A DNA stretch of 64,000 bases from an uncultured Verrucomicrobiota bacterium (GCA_964558455.1 CAZLEE010000001.1:4228-68227); one strand, 5' to 3'. Counted from the stretch's first letter, positions 47,604 through 57,208 are shown. The notes: generated by a model not told the origin, from the letters alone. Translations and numbers: made by a program.

Positions 47604-48353
47604 ATGAATGTCAGTCTCTACCAGGCAGCCGCCGCACTGAAGGCCAACAGTAGTTGGCTGGATGTGATTACGGAGAATATGGCTTCCAGTTCGGTGCCGG
47701 GATTCAGAAAGCAATCCCTTACCACCGAGGCCGTCCAAGCCGGATTGATGCCGACGGGCAGCACGAGCGGCTCCGCCCCCGAACGTTTCAGCCTCCCCAA
47801 AACCAGCACCTCGGTGTGTTTCAAGAACGGGGAACTGGATTACACCGGCGACGACAAGAATGCCGCAATCGACGGCTCCGGTTTTTTTCAGGTGCAACTG
47901 GCCAACGGGATGACGGCGGTGACGCGTGACGGGGAGTTCCGGGTTGGCTCGAAAGGGCAACTGGAGACAAAGGAAGGTTACGCGGTCGTGGGGAGCAGCG
48001 GCCCAATCCAACTTGACCCGCAGAATCCCGCGCCGCTGGCCATTTCGGCCTCGGGTGATGTGCGGCAGGGGGGGGCCATAAAAGGAAAATTAAGTCTGAC
48101 GGATTATGAAAATCCGGAATTGCTCACCCAGACCAACGGCGTCTATTTCCTGGCGACCAATCCGGCTCTTCAGACAAAACCGGCGGATGGCACGATCAAG
48201 AACGGTTTTGTGGAATCGTCCAATGCGACGGCTCTGAACGAAATGGCGAACATGATGACGGCCATGCGCACTTTCGAAGCCAACCAGCACGTCATTCAAA
48301 TTCAAGATGACCGCATGAGCAAGGTCATCAGCGAATTGGGGAACCCGACATAA
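47604..48353 (+). CDS. flgF: Flagellar basal-body rod protein FlgF
   Basis: MNVSLYQAAAAL...ITENMASSSVPGFRK, and the C-terminal GFVESSNATALNEMANMMTAMRTFEANQ. Confidence 0.85.
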   Translation: MNVSLYQAAAALKANSSWLDVITENMASSSVPGFRKQSLTTEAVQAGLMPTGSTSGSAPERFSLPKTSTSVCFKNGELDYTGDDKNAAIDGSGFFQVQLANGMTAVTRDGEFRVGSKGQLETKEGYAVVGSSGPIQLDPQNPAPLAISASGDVRQGGAIKGKLSLTDYENPELLTQTNGVYFLATNPALQTKPADGTIKNGFVESSNATALNEMANMMTAMRTFEANQHVIQIQDDRMSKVISELGNPT

Positions 48354-48356
48354 TCT

Positions 48357-49142
48357 ATGTTACGCGCACTTTATTCAGCGGCGACGGGAATGGAATCCCA
48401 ACAGCTTAACCTGGATGTCATTTCCAACAATCTGGCCAACGTGAACACGACCGGATTCAAAAAGAGCAAAATCGAATTTCAAGACCTGCTCTACGAAAAC
48501 GTCCGCATGCCCGGATCGGAGCAGGGCAACGGGGCGCAGTTGCCCACCGGATTGCAAGTCGGCCACGGCACGCGCGTCGTGGCGACGGACCGGGTTTTCA
48601 CGGAGGGAGAATTGACCCAGACCGGCGAGCGGCTGGACATGGCTATTCAGGGAGACGGTTTCTTCCAGGTGACAATGCCCGACGGCACCCTGGCCTACAC
48701 CCGCGACGGTTCGCTCAAGACATCCTCGGATGGCGCGATCACGACCAGCGACGGGCTGCCGGTGCAAAACGGTTTTCAACCCATCCCCACCGGCACGACA
48801 TCAATCAATATTGCCGCCAACGGCCAGGTGACGACGACGGGCGCCAATGGGACGCAAAATTTTCAGGTGACCCTGGTTCGCTTTGCCAATCCGGCCGGCT
48901 TGCAAAGCATCGGACGCAATTTGTATTTGCAAACGCCGGCCTCCGGCACGCCTGAGACAGGCGACCCGGACGCAAATGGTTTTGGCAGCCTGCAACAAGG
49001 CTACGTGGAAATGTCCAACGTCAGTGTGGTGGAGGAAATGGTGGGCATGATCGTGGCCCAGCGGGCTTACGAAGTGAGTTCAAAAGCCGTGCAAACGGCG
49101 GATCAGATGATGCAACAAAGCGATAACCTGATACGGCCATGA
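48357..49142 (+). CDS. flgG: Flagellar distal rod protein FlgG
   Basis: MLRALYSAATGMESQQLNLDVISNNLANVNTTGFKK...GYVEMSNVSVVEEMVGMIVAQRAYEVSSK. Confidence 0.95.
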   Translation: MLRALYSAATGMESQQLNLDVISNNLANVNTTGFKKSKIEFQDLLYENVRMPGSEQGNGAQLPTGLQVGHGTRVVATDRVFTEGELTQTGERLDMAIQGDGFFQVTMPDGTLAYTRDGSLKTSSDGAITTSDGLPVQNGFQPIPTGTTSINIAANGQVTTTGANGTQNFQVTLVRFANPAGLQSIGRNLYLQTPASGTPETGDPDANGFGSLQQGYVEMSNVSVVEEMVGMIVAQRAYEVSSKAVQTADQMMQQSDNLIRP

Positions 49143-50098
49143 GTTGGTATAAGAATCTTTTTATTCTGCCGCTGGCTATCCTGGCGCAACTGGCCGGTCC
49201 GCAAACGGCGTCTGCGGATGTCTGGAGACTGCTGCCCCAGGCGCAAGTGGACGGCACGGGCATTTTCCTGGATCAAGTGGTGGCCATGCCGGGAGCCGGC
49301 CGCGCCATTCCCCATCTCCGCATTGCCGGCGCGCCCCAACCCAGCCAGCCCAGCTCGTTTTCCCGCAGTCAAATCGCCTTGCTGGCGCGTCTCGCCGGAG
49401 CGGCGCCGCTGGCGACGAATTGGGAGGGAGCAACGACAATTCATGTTTCGCGGCAGTTGCGCGCTTTTGAGGATCCCGAATTGACCCAGCTTTTGACCGC
49501 CACCCTGCAAAAAGAATACGTCAAGAATCAAGGCGAGTTGGAACTGGGCCTGACCAAGCCCTGGGCGTCGGTGCAAGTGCCGGACGAACCGCTCACCTTG
49601 AAGATAAAACAGATGCCTGCGAATGGAATCAGCCCGGCTTTCATCATGACCTTCGAGCTTTGGGACGGCTGGGAACGGGTTGGCAGTTGGCAGGTCGTTG
49701 CGCACGCCGCCGTGTGGCGCGATATTCCGGTGGCCCATTCGGCCCTGACCCGGGGCGAGACGTTGAAAGGCGCGGACCTGACCATGGAGCGGGCGGACGT
49801 GCTGGTTGAGCGGGACGCTTTTCTAAACTTTCCCATAGTCAATGATTCGCTCGAATTGAGCGAAAATATCCAGGTGGGCCATCCGATCCTCAATCGCATG
49901 GTCCGGGTCCATCCGCTCGTCCTGCGGGGGCAATTGGTGGAAGGTGTTTTTCAGGACGGCAGCCTCGGCATATCCCTCATGGTGGAAACACTGGAGGACG
50001 GCATACTCGGCCAGGTGGTGCGAGTGAGAAACCCCTTAACCAAACGCGAACTTTATGGAAAAGTTGAAAGTGAAAAATCGGTGCGGATCAATCTGTAG
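49139..50098 (+). CDS. flgA: P-ring assembly chaperone FlgA
   Basis: Signal peptide, SAF-like VAHSALTRGETLKGADL, and the C-terminal GQVVRVRNPLTKRELYGKV. Confidence 0.75.
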   Translation: MSWYKNLFILPLAILAQLAGPQTASADVWRLLPQAQVDGTGIFLDQVVAMPGAGRAIPHLRIAGAPQPSQPSSFSRSQIALLARLAGAAPLATNWEGATTIHVSRQLRAFEDPELTQLLTATLQKEYVKNQGELELGLTKPWASVQVPDEPLTLKIKQMPANGISPAFIMTFELWDGWERVGSWQVVAHAAVWRDIPVAHSALTRGETLKGADLTMERADVLVERDAFLNFPIVNDSLELSENIQVGHPILNRMVRVHPLVLRGQLVEGVFQDGSLGISLMVETLEDGILGQVVRVRNPLTKRELYGKVESEKSVRINL

Positions 50099-50705
50099 GC
50101 CGGTCGTTCTGGCGGCGGCGCTGATTCTTGCGGCTGCCGGGAGCGGCCAGGCGGATTCGTTGTGGAATCCGGTCAATTGCCGCGCCATGACGTCGGATAA
50201 GAAGGCGCAGGCGATTGGCGATATTCTGACCATTTTAATCCAGGAAAACAACGGGGCGACCCGCCAAAACAACACGACCACTTCCAAGAAAACTTCGGTG
50301 AACGCGGCGCTGGCCAGCCTGCTCTACAGTCCGGCGAGTTCGGGTTTGTTGACCAAGAAGGGGGCGTTGCCGGCGGCAAGCTGGACTTCGGACGCGGAGT
50401 TTAACGGGGGCGGTTCGATCAACAACGCGGAAACCATCACGGCCCAGATGGCGGTGCGGGTGGTGGATATTTTGCCCAACGGAAACATGGTGGTGGAGGG
50501 ACAGTTGCGCACCGACTTCTCCGGGGAGAAGCAGGACGCCGTCGTGCGCGGAACAGTTCGCCCGGACGACGTGGCGGCCAATAATACGCTTTACAGCTAC
50601 AACATCGCCGATGCCACGATTCAATTCATCTCGAAGGGAACGCTGACCGATTCGCAGCGCAGGGGCTGGCTGACGAAATTCTGGGATAAGCTGACCCCAT
50701 TCTGA
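50055..50705 (+). CDS. flgH: Flagellar L-ring protein FlgH
   Basis: KAQAIGDILTILIQEN...ITAQMAVRVVDILPNGNMVVEG...VRGTVRPDD. It has a signal peptide but no lipobox Cys, and overlaps flgA by 44 nt. Confidence 0.85.
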   Translation: MEKLKVKNRCGSICRPVVLAAALILAAAGSGQADSLWNPVNCRAMTSDKKAQAIGDILTILIQENNGATRQNNTTTSKKTSVNAALASLLYSPASSGLLTKKGALPAASWTSDAEFNGGGSINNAETITAQMAVRVVDILPNGNMVVEGQLRTDFSGEKQDAVVRGTVRPDDVAANNTLYSYNIADATIQFISKGTLTDSQRRGWLTKFWDKLTPF

Positions 50706-50714
50706 TATCATTTC

Positions 50715-51815
50715 ATGCGACATTCTCTTCAACGACTGGTGTGGCTGGCGCTGGCGGGTTTCTCCTGCGTCGCCGGCGCCACAGGGGTGCGTGTCAAAGA
50801 TATTGCCGTCGTTTCAGGCGTGCGAGACAACCAGTTGGCGGGCTACGGCCTGGTGGCGGGTCTGGCGGGCGACGGCGACAAGAACCCGGCCCAAACATTG
50901 CAGACCATCCAGAACATTTTGCAACGTTTTGGCGTGACGATTCCCGCCTCGACCTTGTCGGCCAAAAACGTGGCCATCGTCATGGTCACGACCGATATTC
51001 CGGCCTTTAAGAAATCAGGCACGCGGCTGGATGTGACGGTCGCGTCGATGGGTGACGCCAAGAGCCTGCAAGGAGGCATTTTATTGCAAACGCCGCTGCT
51101 GGGCGCGGATGGAAAAGTGTATGCGGTGGCCCAAGGCGCGTTGACTCTCGGCGGCATATCGGCGGGAGGCGAGGGCGCATCCGTGCAAAAAAACCATCCG
51201 ACCGTGGGGCAGATCGCCGATGGGGCGGTGGTGGAACGGGAAATTCCTGCGCAAATAATCAGCGATCATCATTTGGATTTGATATTGCGGGAGTCGGATT
51301 TCACCACGGCGGCGCGCCTGGCGATGGCGTTGAACGTCAAGTTCACCAACAGCTCGCTTGCGATTGATTCCTCCACCGTGCAGGTTCGCGTGCCGGACGA
51401 GTTTGAATCAACGCCGATCAATTTCGTTTCATTGCTGGAGGCGGTGGAAGTGAACACGGACATCCCGGCGCGCATCGTGATCAACGAACGCACCGGAACG
51501 ATTGTCGCGACCTCCCGCATCTGCATTTCGGCCTGCGCCGTGTCTCATGGCAACGTGACCATCAGCATTGCCACCACCATGAATGTTTCACAACCAGGCC
51601 CGATGTCCCAGGGCGGAAAGACCGTGGTGACGCCGAAGACGGACGCGAAAGTTTCGGAAGAAAAAGGTTCCATGGTGACGCTGCCTGAATTGCCCACGGT
51701 GGAAAAAGTGGCCTCGGCCTTGAACGCCTTGGGCGTCACGCCGAGGGACATGATGTCCATCTTCCAGGCGATGAAAGAAGCGGGGGCGTTGCAGGCGGAA
51801 TTAATCATCCGGTGA
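50715..51815 (+). CDS. flgI: Flagellar P-ring protein FlgI
   Basis: RVKDIAVVSGVRDNQLAGYGLVAGLAGDGDK, SLQGGILLQTPLLGADGKVYAVAQG. Confidence 0.95.
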   Translation: MRHSLQRLVWLALAGFSCVAGATGVRVKDIAVVSGVRDNQLAGYGLVAGLAGDGDKNPAQTLQTIQNILQRFGVTIPASTLSAKNVAIVMVTTDIPAFKKSGTRLDVTVASMGDAKSLQGGILLQTPLLGADGKVYAVAQGALTLGGISAGGEGASVQKNHPTVGQIADGAVVEREIPAQIISDHHLDLILRESDFTTAARLAMALNVKFTNSSLAIDSSTVQVRVPDEFESTPINFVSLLEAVEVNTDIPARIVINERTGTIVATSRICISACAVSHGNVTISIATTMNVSQPGPMSQGGKTVVTPKTDAKVSEEKGSMVTLPELPTVEKVASALNALGVTPRDMMSIFQAMKEAGALQAELIIR

Positions 51816-51818
51816 CGT

Positions 51819-52196
51819 ATGGACATAACCGCTCTTCAACCCCACCTGAAAGCCTCCTCGGTGCCGCTGGATCAACTGGCGGGAAACCCCAACGTCACGC
51901 AGAGCGACAAGGTCAAGGAAGCGTGCCGCCAGTTTGAGGCGGTTTTGTTGCGGCAGATTTTGAAAGACGCGCGCAAGCCGGTCGGTCCGGACGGGCAGGA
52001 GGATGAGTCGGCCGCCACTGGAATTTATAATGACATGATCAATAACCAGATGGCTGATTGCATCAGTCGTTCCGGGTCTTTCGGCCTGGCCAAAAGTCTG
52101 GAAAATCAATTGGTCAACCAAGTCCTGCCCAAGGCGTTGGGCCGGGCGCAACCGGAGTCCGGCGCAAAACCCGCCGTTTCCCCAGCCAATAAATAA
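51819..52196 (+). CDS. Rod-binding protein (FlgJ N-terminal-domain type, no muramidase domain)
   Basis: ACRQFEAVLLRQILKDARK...GIYNDMINNQMAD...GLAKSLENQL. Confidence 0.65.
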   Translation: MDITALQPHLKASSVPLDQLAGNPNVTQSDKVKEACRQFEAVLLRQILKDARKPVGPDGQEDESAATGIYNDMINNQMADCISRSGSFGLAKSLENQLVNQVLPKALGRAQPESGAKPAVSPANK

Positions 52197-52199
52197 TTC

Positions 52200-52697
52200 A
52201 TGACCGAAAACATTTCCATTTTAGTGGACGCCCTGCGGCAGGAACTGGAACAGTACGGCGAGATGCTCGCCCTGCTGGAGCGCCAACAACAACAAATCGT
52301 GGCGCGTTCGGCCGATGAGGTTTACCAATCCATTGCCCCCATCAAGTCGCAGGGGGTTGCGATCCAGCAGGCCCGCGTCCGGCGCGAGGAATGCCGCGCC
52401 AAACTGGCTCAGTCGATGAACTGTCCGGATAATGCGACTTTTGCCCAGTTGATCCCGCTGGTGGCGGAGGAGTGCCGTCCCTTGCTGCGCGCATTGGTGG
52501 AGGAGAACAACGAGTTGCTGGCCCGCGTGCGGCAGCGCGCCCGCCAAAACCATTTGCGTCTGAGCCGTTCGATTGAATTGATGCAAGGGTTGATCAACTC
52601 CCTTTTCCCGGCGCGCCAGCCGCGCGTTTACAACGGTCAGGGAAACATGAAGCTGCGCCGTCCCACCCCGCAGGCGATCTATAATGCCGTGGGCTGA
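52200..52697 (+). CDS. flgN: FlgN-like flagellar export chaperone (tentative)
   Basis: 165-aa helical protein before flgK-flgL, with LVDALRQELEQYGEMLALLERQQQQIV. Confidence 0.5.
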   Translation: MTENISILVDALRQELEQYGEMLALLERQQQQIVARSADEVYQSIAPIKSQGVAIQQARVRREECRAKLAQSMNCPDNATFAQLIPLVAEECRPLLRALVEENNELLARVRQRARQNHLRLSRSIELMQGLINSLFPARQPRVYNGQGNMKLRRPTPQAIYNAVG

Positions 52698-52709
52698 TTT
52701 GTTTGTTTT

Positions 52710-54119
52710 ATGTTGTCACTATTTGGCGTCTTGAACATGGCCGGGCAGTCGCTCTCGGTGGAGACCCAGGCGACGGCTGTGGCGGGGCAGAATCTGGCCA
52801 ATGTCAGTAATCCGGCCTATGCCGACGAGCAATTGCAGGTTCAGGCGGCGCCGTCGTTGGACACCACGTCCGGGGACGAGGGCACGGGGGTGCAGGCGAC
52901 CAAGATCACCCAGCTTTGGGATTCGCTCCTGAATTCGCAAATTGTCGCGGAGGACAGCGTCAGCGGGTCGCTCAATTCGCAGCAGAGCGCGTTGCAGCAG
53001 ACCGAGGCTTATTTGAACGAACAACTGAGCAGTTCCTCCAGCACCGGCACCTCCAGCTCGAACGGATTGGCGGCGGACTTGTCCGGTCTGTTCAATTCGT
53101 TGCAAACCCTTTCCACCGATCCCACCAGCATCCCGGACCGTCAAGCCGTGGCGCAAAGCGCGCAGCAGTTGACCCAGCAGTTCAACTCGGTTTCCTCCGG
53201 TCTGACCACCGTGGCCTCGGACTTGAACACTTCCATCCAAAACGGCGTCACTTCCAGCAACAACGACCTGAGTCAAATTGCCGCGTTAAACGAGCAGATC
53301 ATCAACGCCCAGGCCGACGGCGGCACGGACAATAATTTGATTGATCAACGGGAGAAGACAATTGAAGACCTGGCCGGTTACGCGAATATAACCACCTCCG
53401 CGCAGTCGAACGGGGCGGTCAATGTCAGCATCGGCGGCGTGACCATGGTGGCCGACGGCGCGACGCCGGATAGTTTGCAGACTTACACCAATTCCAGCGG
53501 CCAGTTGATGATTCAGGCCCAAAACGCCGGCACCCCGCTGACCCTGACGGGCGGCAGCATCGAGGGCAGCATCACCGCGCGCGATGGCCAGGTGGCAACC
53601 CTGCAAAATTCCATCAACACCCTGGCCTCAACCCTGATCACCCAGTTCAATTCGGTTTATTCCGGCGGTTACGATTTGAACAACAACAACAGCACACAGG
53701 ATTTCTTCACCGGTTCGGACGCGGCATCCATCGGGGTGAACAGCACCGTGGTGAATGATCCCACCACCTTTCAAGCCAGCGGCACATCGGGCGACACGGG
53801 TGACAACACGGTGGTGCTGTCCCTGGCGAACCTGGCCAGCCAGTCGCTCTCAAGTTTGAGCAACCAGACTTTGAGCCAGAGTTACGCGGCCACCATCGGG
53901 GATTTCGGCTCCGCCCTGCAATCGGTCAACAGTCAAATCTCCAACAGCACGGCGGTGTCGCAAATGCTTGCCACTCAGCGCAGTTCGGAAACCGGCGTGG
54001 ATACCGACACGGAAATGACCAATCTGATGCAGTACCAAAAGGCATATGAGGCATCAGCCGAGTTGGTTACGACGGTGAATCAAATGTTGGAAACTTTGAT
54101 CGACATGAAGACAGAATGA
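52710..54119 (+). CDS. flgK: Hook-associated protein 1 FlgK
   Basis: GVLNMAGQSLSVETQATAVAGQNLANVSNPAY, and the C-terminal VDTDTEMTNLMQYQKAYEASA. Confidence 0.9.
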   Translation: MLSLFGVLNMAGQSLSVETQATAVAGQNLANVSNPAYADEQLQVQAAPSLDTTSGDEGTGVQATKITQLWDSLLNSQIVAEDSVSGSLNSQQSALQQTEAYLNEQLSSSSSTGTSSSNGLAADLSGLFNSLQTLSTDPTSIPDRQAVAQSAQQLTQQFNSVSSGLTTVASDLNTSIQNGVTSSNNDLSQIAALNEQIINAQADGGTDNNLIDQREKTIEDLAGYANITTSAQSNGAVNVSIGGVTMVADGATPDSLQTYTNSSGQLMIQAQNAGTPLTLTGGSIEGSITARDGQVATLQNSINTLASTLITQFNSVYSGGYDLNNNNSTQDFFTGSDAASIGVNSTVVNDPTTFQASGTSGDTGDNTVVLSLANLASQSLSSLSNQTLSQSYAATIGDFGSALQSVNSQISNSTAVSQMLATQRSSETGVDTDTEMTNLMQYQKAYEASAELVTTVNQMLETLIDMKTE

Positions 54120-54145
54120 GTGTTTCCTTTTGACCCATCACACAT

Positions 54146-55087
54146 ATGCGCGTATCCAGTTCAACTTTTACGGGTGGTTTTATCGGCGAGATCCAACAAT
54201 TGGAGCAACAGCAGAACACCCTGCAAGAGCAGGCCAGTTCCGGGCTTTCGGTGACGTTGCCATCAGACAATCCCTCCGTCATGTCCGAAGTGTTGAATCT
54301 GCAAACCAACGGCGCGGCCAACACCCAGTACCAAAGCAACATCACCCAATTGCAGGCCTCGGCCACAACATCCGCCACGGCCATGAACAGTTTGCAGACG
54401 ATTGTCAGCCAGGTGAATGAAATCGCCACCAACGCGTCCAGCGGGACGGCTTCTTCCACCCAACTCTCAACTTATGCGTCCGAAGTGGAAGCCTGCATCC
54501 AACAGGCCATGCAACTGGGCAACACGCAGGACGCCAACGGGAATTATATTTTCGGCGGCACCGATTCCAGCACCAAGCCGTTCGTTGCCACCACCGATGC
54601 CAACGGCAACGTCACGGGCGTCTCTTACAAGGGCAACACCAATGTGAACCAGAATGACATCGGGTTGAGTATGACCGTTGCCACCCAGGTTCCGGGCGAG
54701 AATACCACCGGCTCAGGTGCGGAAGGTCTTTTTGCGGACAGCCGCACCGGCGCGGATTTGTTCAAAGACATGGTTTCCCTGCAACAGAATCTGGCCTCGG
54801 GCGACACCAGCGCCATCAGTTCCACCAACGCGCCGGCCCTGACTAATGACGAGAATAATATCATCAACCAGATCAGCGCCAATGGCGTGGTGCAATCCGC
54901 CTTGACCGCCGCAAATACCATGGCCACCTCCCAAAATACCAATATGACCACGGAAATAACGAATGATACCAGCGCCAACATGGCCCAGACCATGACGGAA
55001 CTGGATCAGACCCAGACCGCCTACCAAGCTGCGCTGGAAAGTGGCACGATGGTGATGAGCGTATCGTTGCTCAATTACTTGCAGTAA
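54146..55087 (+). CDS. flgL: Hook-associated protein 3 FlgL
   Basis: MRVSSSTF...QEQASSGLSVTLPSDNPS, with a flagellin-like N-terminus and C-terminus (ELDQTQTAYQAALESG). Confidence 0.85.
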   Translation: MRVSSSTFTGGFIGEIQQLEQQQNTLQEQASSGLSVTLPSDNPSVMSEVLNLQTNGAANTQYQSNITQLQASATTSATAMNSLQTIVSQVNEIATNASSGTASSTQLSTYASEVEACIQQAMQLGNTQDANGNYIFGGTDSSTKPFVATTDANGNVTGVSYKGNTNVNQNDIGLSMTVATQVPGENTTGSGAEGLFADSRTGADLFKDMVSLQQNLASGDTSAISSTNAPALTNDENNIINQISANGVVQSALTAANTMATSQNTNMTTEITNDTSANMAQTMTELDQTQTAYQAALESGTMVMSVSLLNYLQ

Positions 55088-55151
55088 GTCCCCAGTAAGT
55101 CCCGTCATCGTCCGTCGCTTGCGGACGCCTCCCTCCCCGGCGCAACCCGCC

Positions 55152-56012
55152 TCAGGCGGCGCTGGGTACGGCGCTGGAAAAGAAGGCTTCTATCAACTGC
55201 ATTTGCTCGAAGGTATCCATCATCAATTGCGGGACGGACCGCTCCGTCATCTCCAGGTCGGCCAGAACTTCGGTGCGGGCGCGCTGGGCGAAGGCAACGT
55301 GACCATAGCCGTGCCCCATGAAACACGCCACCATATTGCCCATGTAAACACACGAAGCCAGACGTTGATAGACCCGGGCGTTTTTTGGGGTGTGATGAAA
55401 CGACACGGCCGCGATGATGTCCGGGGAGAAATTCCAATGTTGCAGCAATTGACCGCCCAATTCGGCGTGGTTGATCCCGAATAATTTCGTTTCGGCTTCC
55501 AGCAGGGAATGTCCGTTGCCTTCTGTCTCGGCCACGATTTTTGAGTAAGCGCCTTTCAACGAATCGGACAGGATGGTTTTTCCGATGTCATGCAGCAGGG
55601 TGGCGGTGAAGACGACGTTTTCATTTTCATTCCGCTGGCGGGCGATCAGTTGGGCGGCGGCGGCGGCGGTGACGGAATGTTTCCAGAGGTCGCCTTGTTC
55701 CATGCCGTATCCTTCCTGGGAGGCGCCCAGTATCTTGGCCCCGGTGGCGGCGGCCACAAGCTGGTAAATCTGCTGAAAACCCAGGCGGGTCACCGCATCC
55801 TGCAAATTGGATATCGGCGTGGCGGCGCCAAAATAGGCGCTGTTGCTGATGCGCAGCACGTTGGTCGTGAGCGACGGATCGTAGGAAATCAAATTGACGA
55901 TCCGGCTGCTGTCCGCATCCGGTTGGTTGATCAGCCGCATGAGTTCCGGCACCACGCGCGGAGCGGGCGGCAGATAGCGCAGGTTTCTAACGTAGTCGCT
56001 TATGGCTTGCAT
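55152..56012 (-). CDS. HDOD domain protein
   Basis: LPPAPRVVPELMRLINQPD...ISYDPSLTTNVLRISNSAYFG...ATLLHDIGKTIL. The start was chosen at MQAISDY; the ORF is open back to 56156. Confidence 0.75.
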   Translation of the reverse strand: MQAISDYVRNLRYLPPAPRVVPELMRLINQPDADSSRIVNLISYDPSLTTNVLRISNSAYFGAATPISNLQDAVTRLGFQQIYQLVAAATGAKILGASQEGYGMEQGDLWKHSVTAAAAAQLIARQRNENENVVFTATLLHDIGKTILSDSLKGAYSKIVAETEGNGHSLLEAETKLFGINHAELGGQLLQHWNFSPDIIAAVSFHHTPKNARVYQRLASCVYMGNMVACFMGHGYGHVAFAQRARTEVLADLEMTERSVPQLMMDTFEQMQLIEAFFSSAVPSAA

Positions 56013-56560
56013 AGAAATTTCGATATGATTTGACCGGAAAACCTCAATCGCACTTCCCCGGTCGCCATGGATAATTCCATGCTGCAATTGGTTCTTCCCC
56101 CCATGTTTTCCGCATTGAGGATGAAGCCCTTCTGCCGCAGAAATTCGCGGAGGCATTTCTGATTCTGCTTCCCCACATTAAGAAGGGAGATGTCATCCAT
56201 GATTTCCGCCGCGCCGGCCGCGAAGACGCGGATGCGTTCCGGAGCCGCCTTTAATTGTTGGGCGCAGGTCATCAGCGCCGCCCATCCTGTGTTCATGAAC
56301 ATCGCCGGGTGCAGGACCGCGCGCTTCTCATCCAGATCCGAGTCGGGCAACAGGCAATTCATAAGCCCGCCGACTTTTGCTTCAGCATCATAGATGGCGA
56401 TGCCGAGGCCCGCTCCCAATGGAGCCGTGTACAGCACGACCTGCGGGTCCTGGCTGAGCTTCAGCTCGGCTTGCCCGACCAGTATTCTGACAGGACGATC
56501 CGCCCGGGGGTCGGCTTGTGAGAAATTAACAGGGACGATAACTCTTTCGTCGTCAGTCAT
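56000..56560 (-). CDS. cheD: CheD-like chemoreceptor glutamine deamidase family protein
   Basis: LGAGLGIAIYDAEAKVGGLMNCLLP...FAAGAAEIM...VGKQNQKCLREFLRQKGF...NMGGRTNCSMELSMATGEV. It overlaps the HDOD gene by 13 nt. Confidence 0.7.
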   Translation of the reverse strand: MTDDERVIVPVNFSQADPRADRPVRILVGQAELKLSQDPQVVLYTAPLGAGLGIAIYDAEAKVGGLMNCLLPDSDLDEKRAVLHPAMFMNTGWAALMTCAQQLKAAPERIRVFAAGAAEIMDDISLLNVGKQNQKCLREFLRQKGFILNAENMGGRTNCSMELSMATGEVRLRFSGQIISKFLCKP

Positions 56561-56576
56561 TGTTTAGCACCGTTCT

Positions 56577-56603
56577 CCATCGGCACGAAAGCGCTTGCGC
56601 TTA
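56577..56603 (-). promoter_or_regulatory. Sigma28 (FliA)-type promoter for cheD-HDOD
   Basis: The minus strand reads TAAG-N15-GCCGATGG (consensus TAAA-N15-GCCGATAA), ending 16 nt before the cheD ATG. Confidence 0.5.
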
Positions 56604-56629
56604 ACCGTAAAATGCCGCAGTAATCACCG

Positions 56630-56643
56630 GGTTGTTTTTGCCT
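56630..56643 (+). promoter_or_regulatory. Shared upstream element GGTTGTTTTTGCCT (copy 1, 95 bp before the fliW -24 element)
   Basis: This is an exact 14-mer also found at 57512-57525. Looser relatives occur near the other sigma54 promoters. Confidence 0.4.
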
Positions 56644-56737
56644 GGTGTAGTCCGGGATGCGGCAGTTTTCTGCCTCTTTGGTGGGAAATTACCGGCGGGG
56701 TCGGTATTTCGCCGGGTGATTGGCCGGGATTGGGGCG

Positions 56738-56753
56738 TGGCACAATCTTTGCT
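56738..56753 (+). promoter_or_regulatory. Sigma54 promoter of fliW-csrA
   Basis: TGGCAC-aatct-TTGCT is a perfect core match, 27 nt before the fliW ATG. Confidence 0.7.
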
Positions 56754-56779
56754 AAACAGGGTTGGACTAGATCGAAATT

Positions 56780-57208
56780 ATGAATACCGAAACACTCTTG
56801 GAACCGCCGACACAGACTTTGGATGACCGGGCGATCATTCATCTCCCCTTTGGCCTTCTGGGGTTCGAGCAGGTCAAAAGCTATATTTTGCTGGCCGCGC
56901 CGAATGAAAAGCCCTTCATGTGGATGCAAATGATGGACGCCCCGAGGAAATCCTTTCTCATCGTCTCGCCTTTCCTGGTCATGCCGGAGTACCAGCTCGA
57001 CATTCCGGAGCGCGATGTTGAATTTCTCGATTTGACCGAGCCGACTGACGCGCTGGTCTTCAACATCTGCACCCTGCGCGGGCCGGGCAATGCCACCATC
57101 AATTTAAAAGCCCCTCTGGTCATCAATCGTTACACGTTGATCTGCAAGCAGGTCATCCCTGACAACGCCTCGCAATACGCCTTGAACCACCCTTTGCTTG
57201 TCACCTAA
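56780..57208 (+). CDS. fliW: Flagellar assembly factor FliW
   Basis: IHLPFGLLGFEQVKSYILL...PFMWMQMMD...FLIVSPFLVMPEYQLDI...ATINLKAPLVIN. Confidence 0.85.
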   Translation: MNTETLLEPPTQTLDDRAIIHLPFGLLGFEQVKSYILLAAPNEKPFMWMQMMDAPRKSFLIVSPFLVMPEYQLDIPERDVEFLDLTEPTDALVFNICTLRGPGNATINLKAPLVINRYTLICKQVIPDNASQYALNHPLLVT

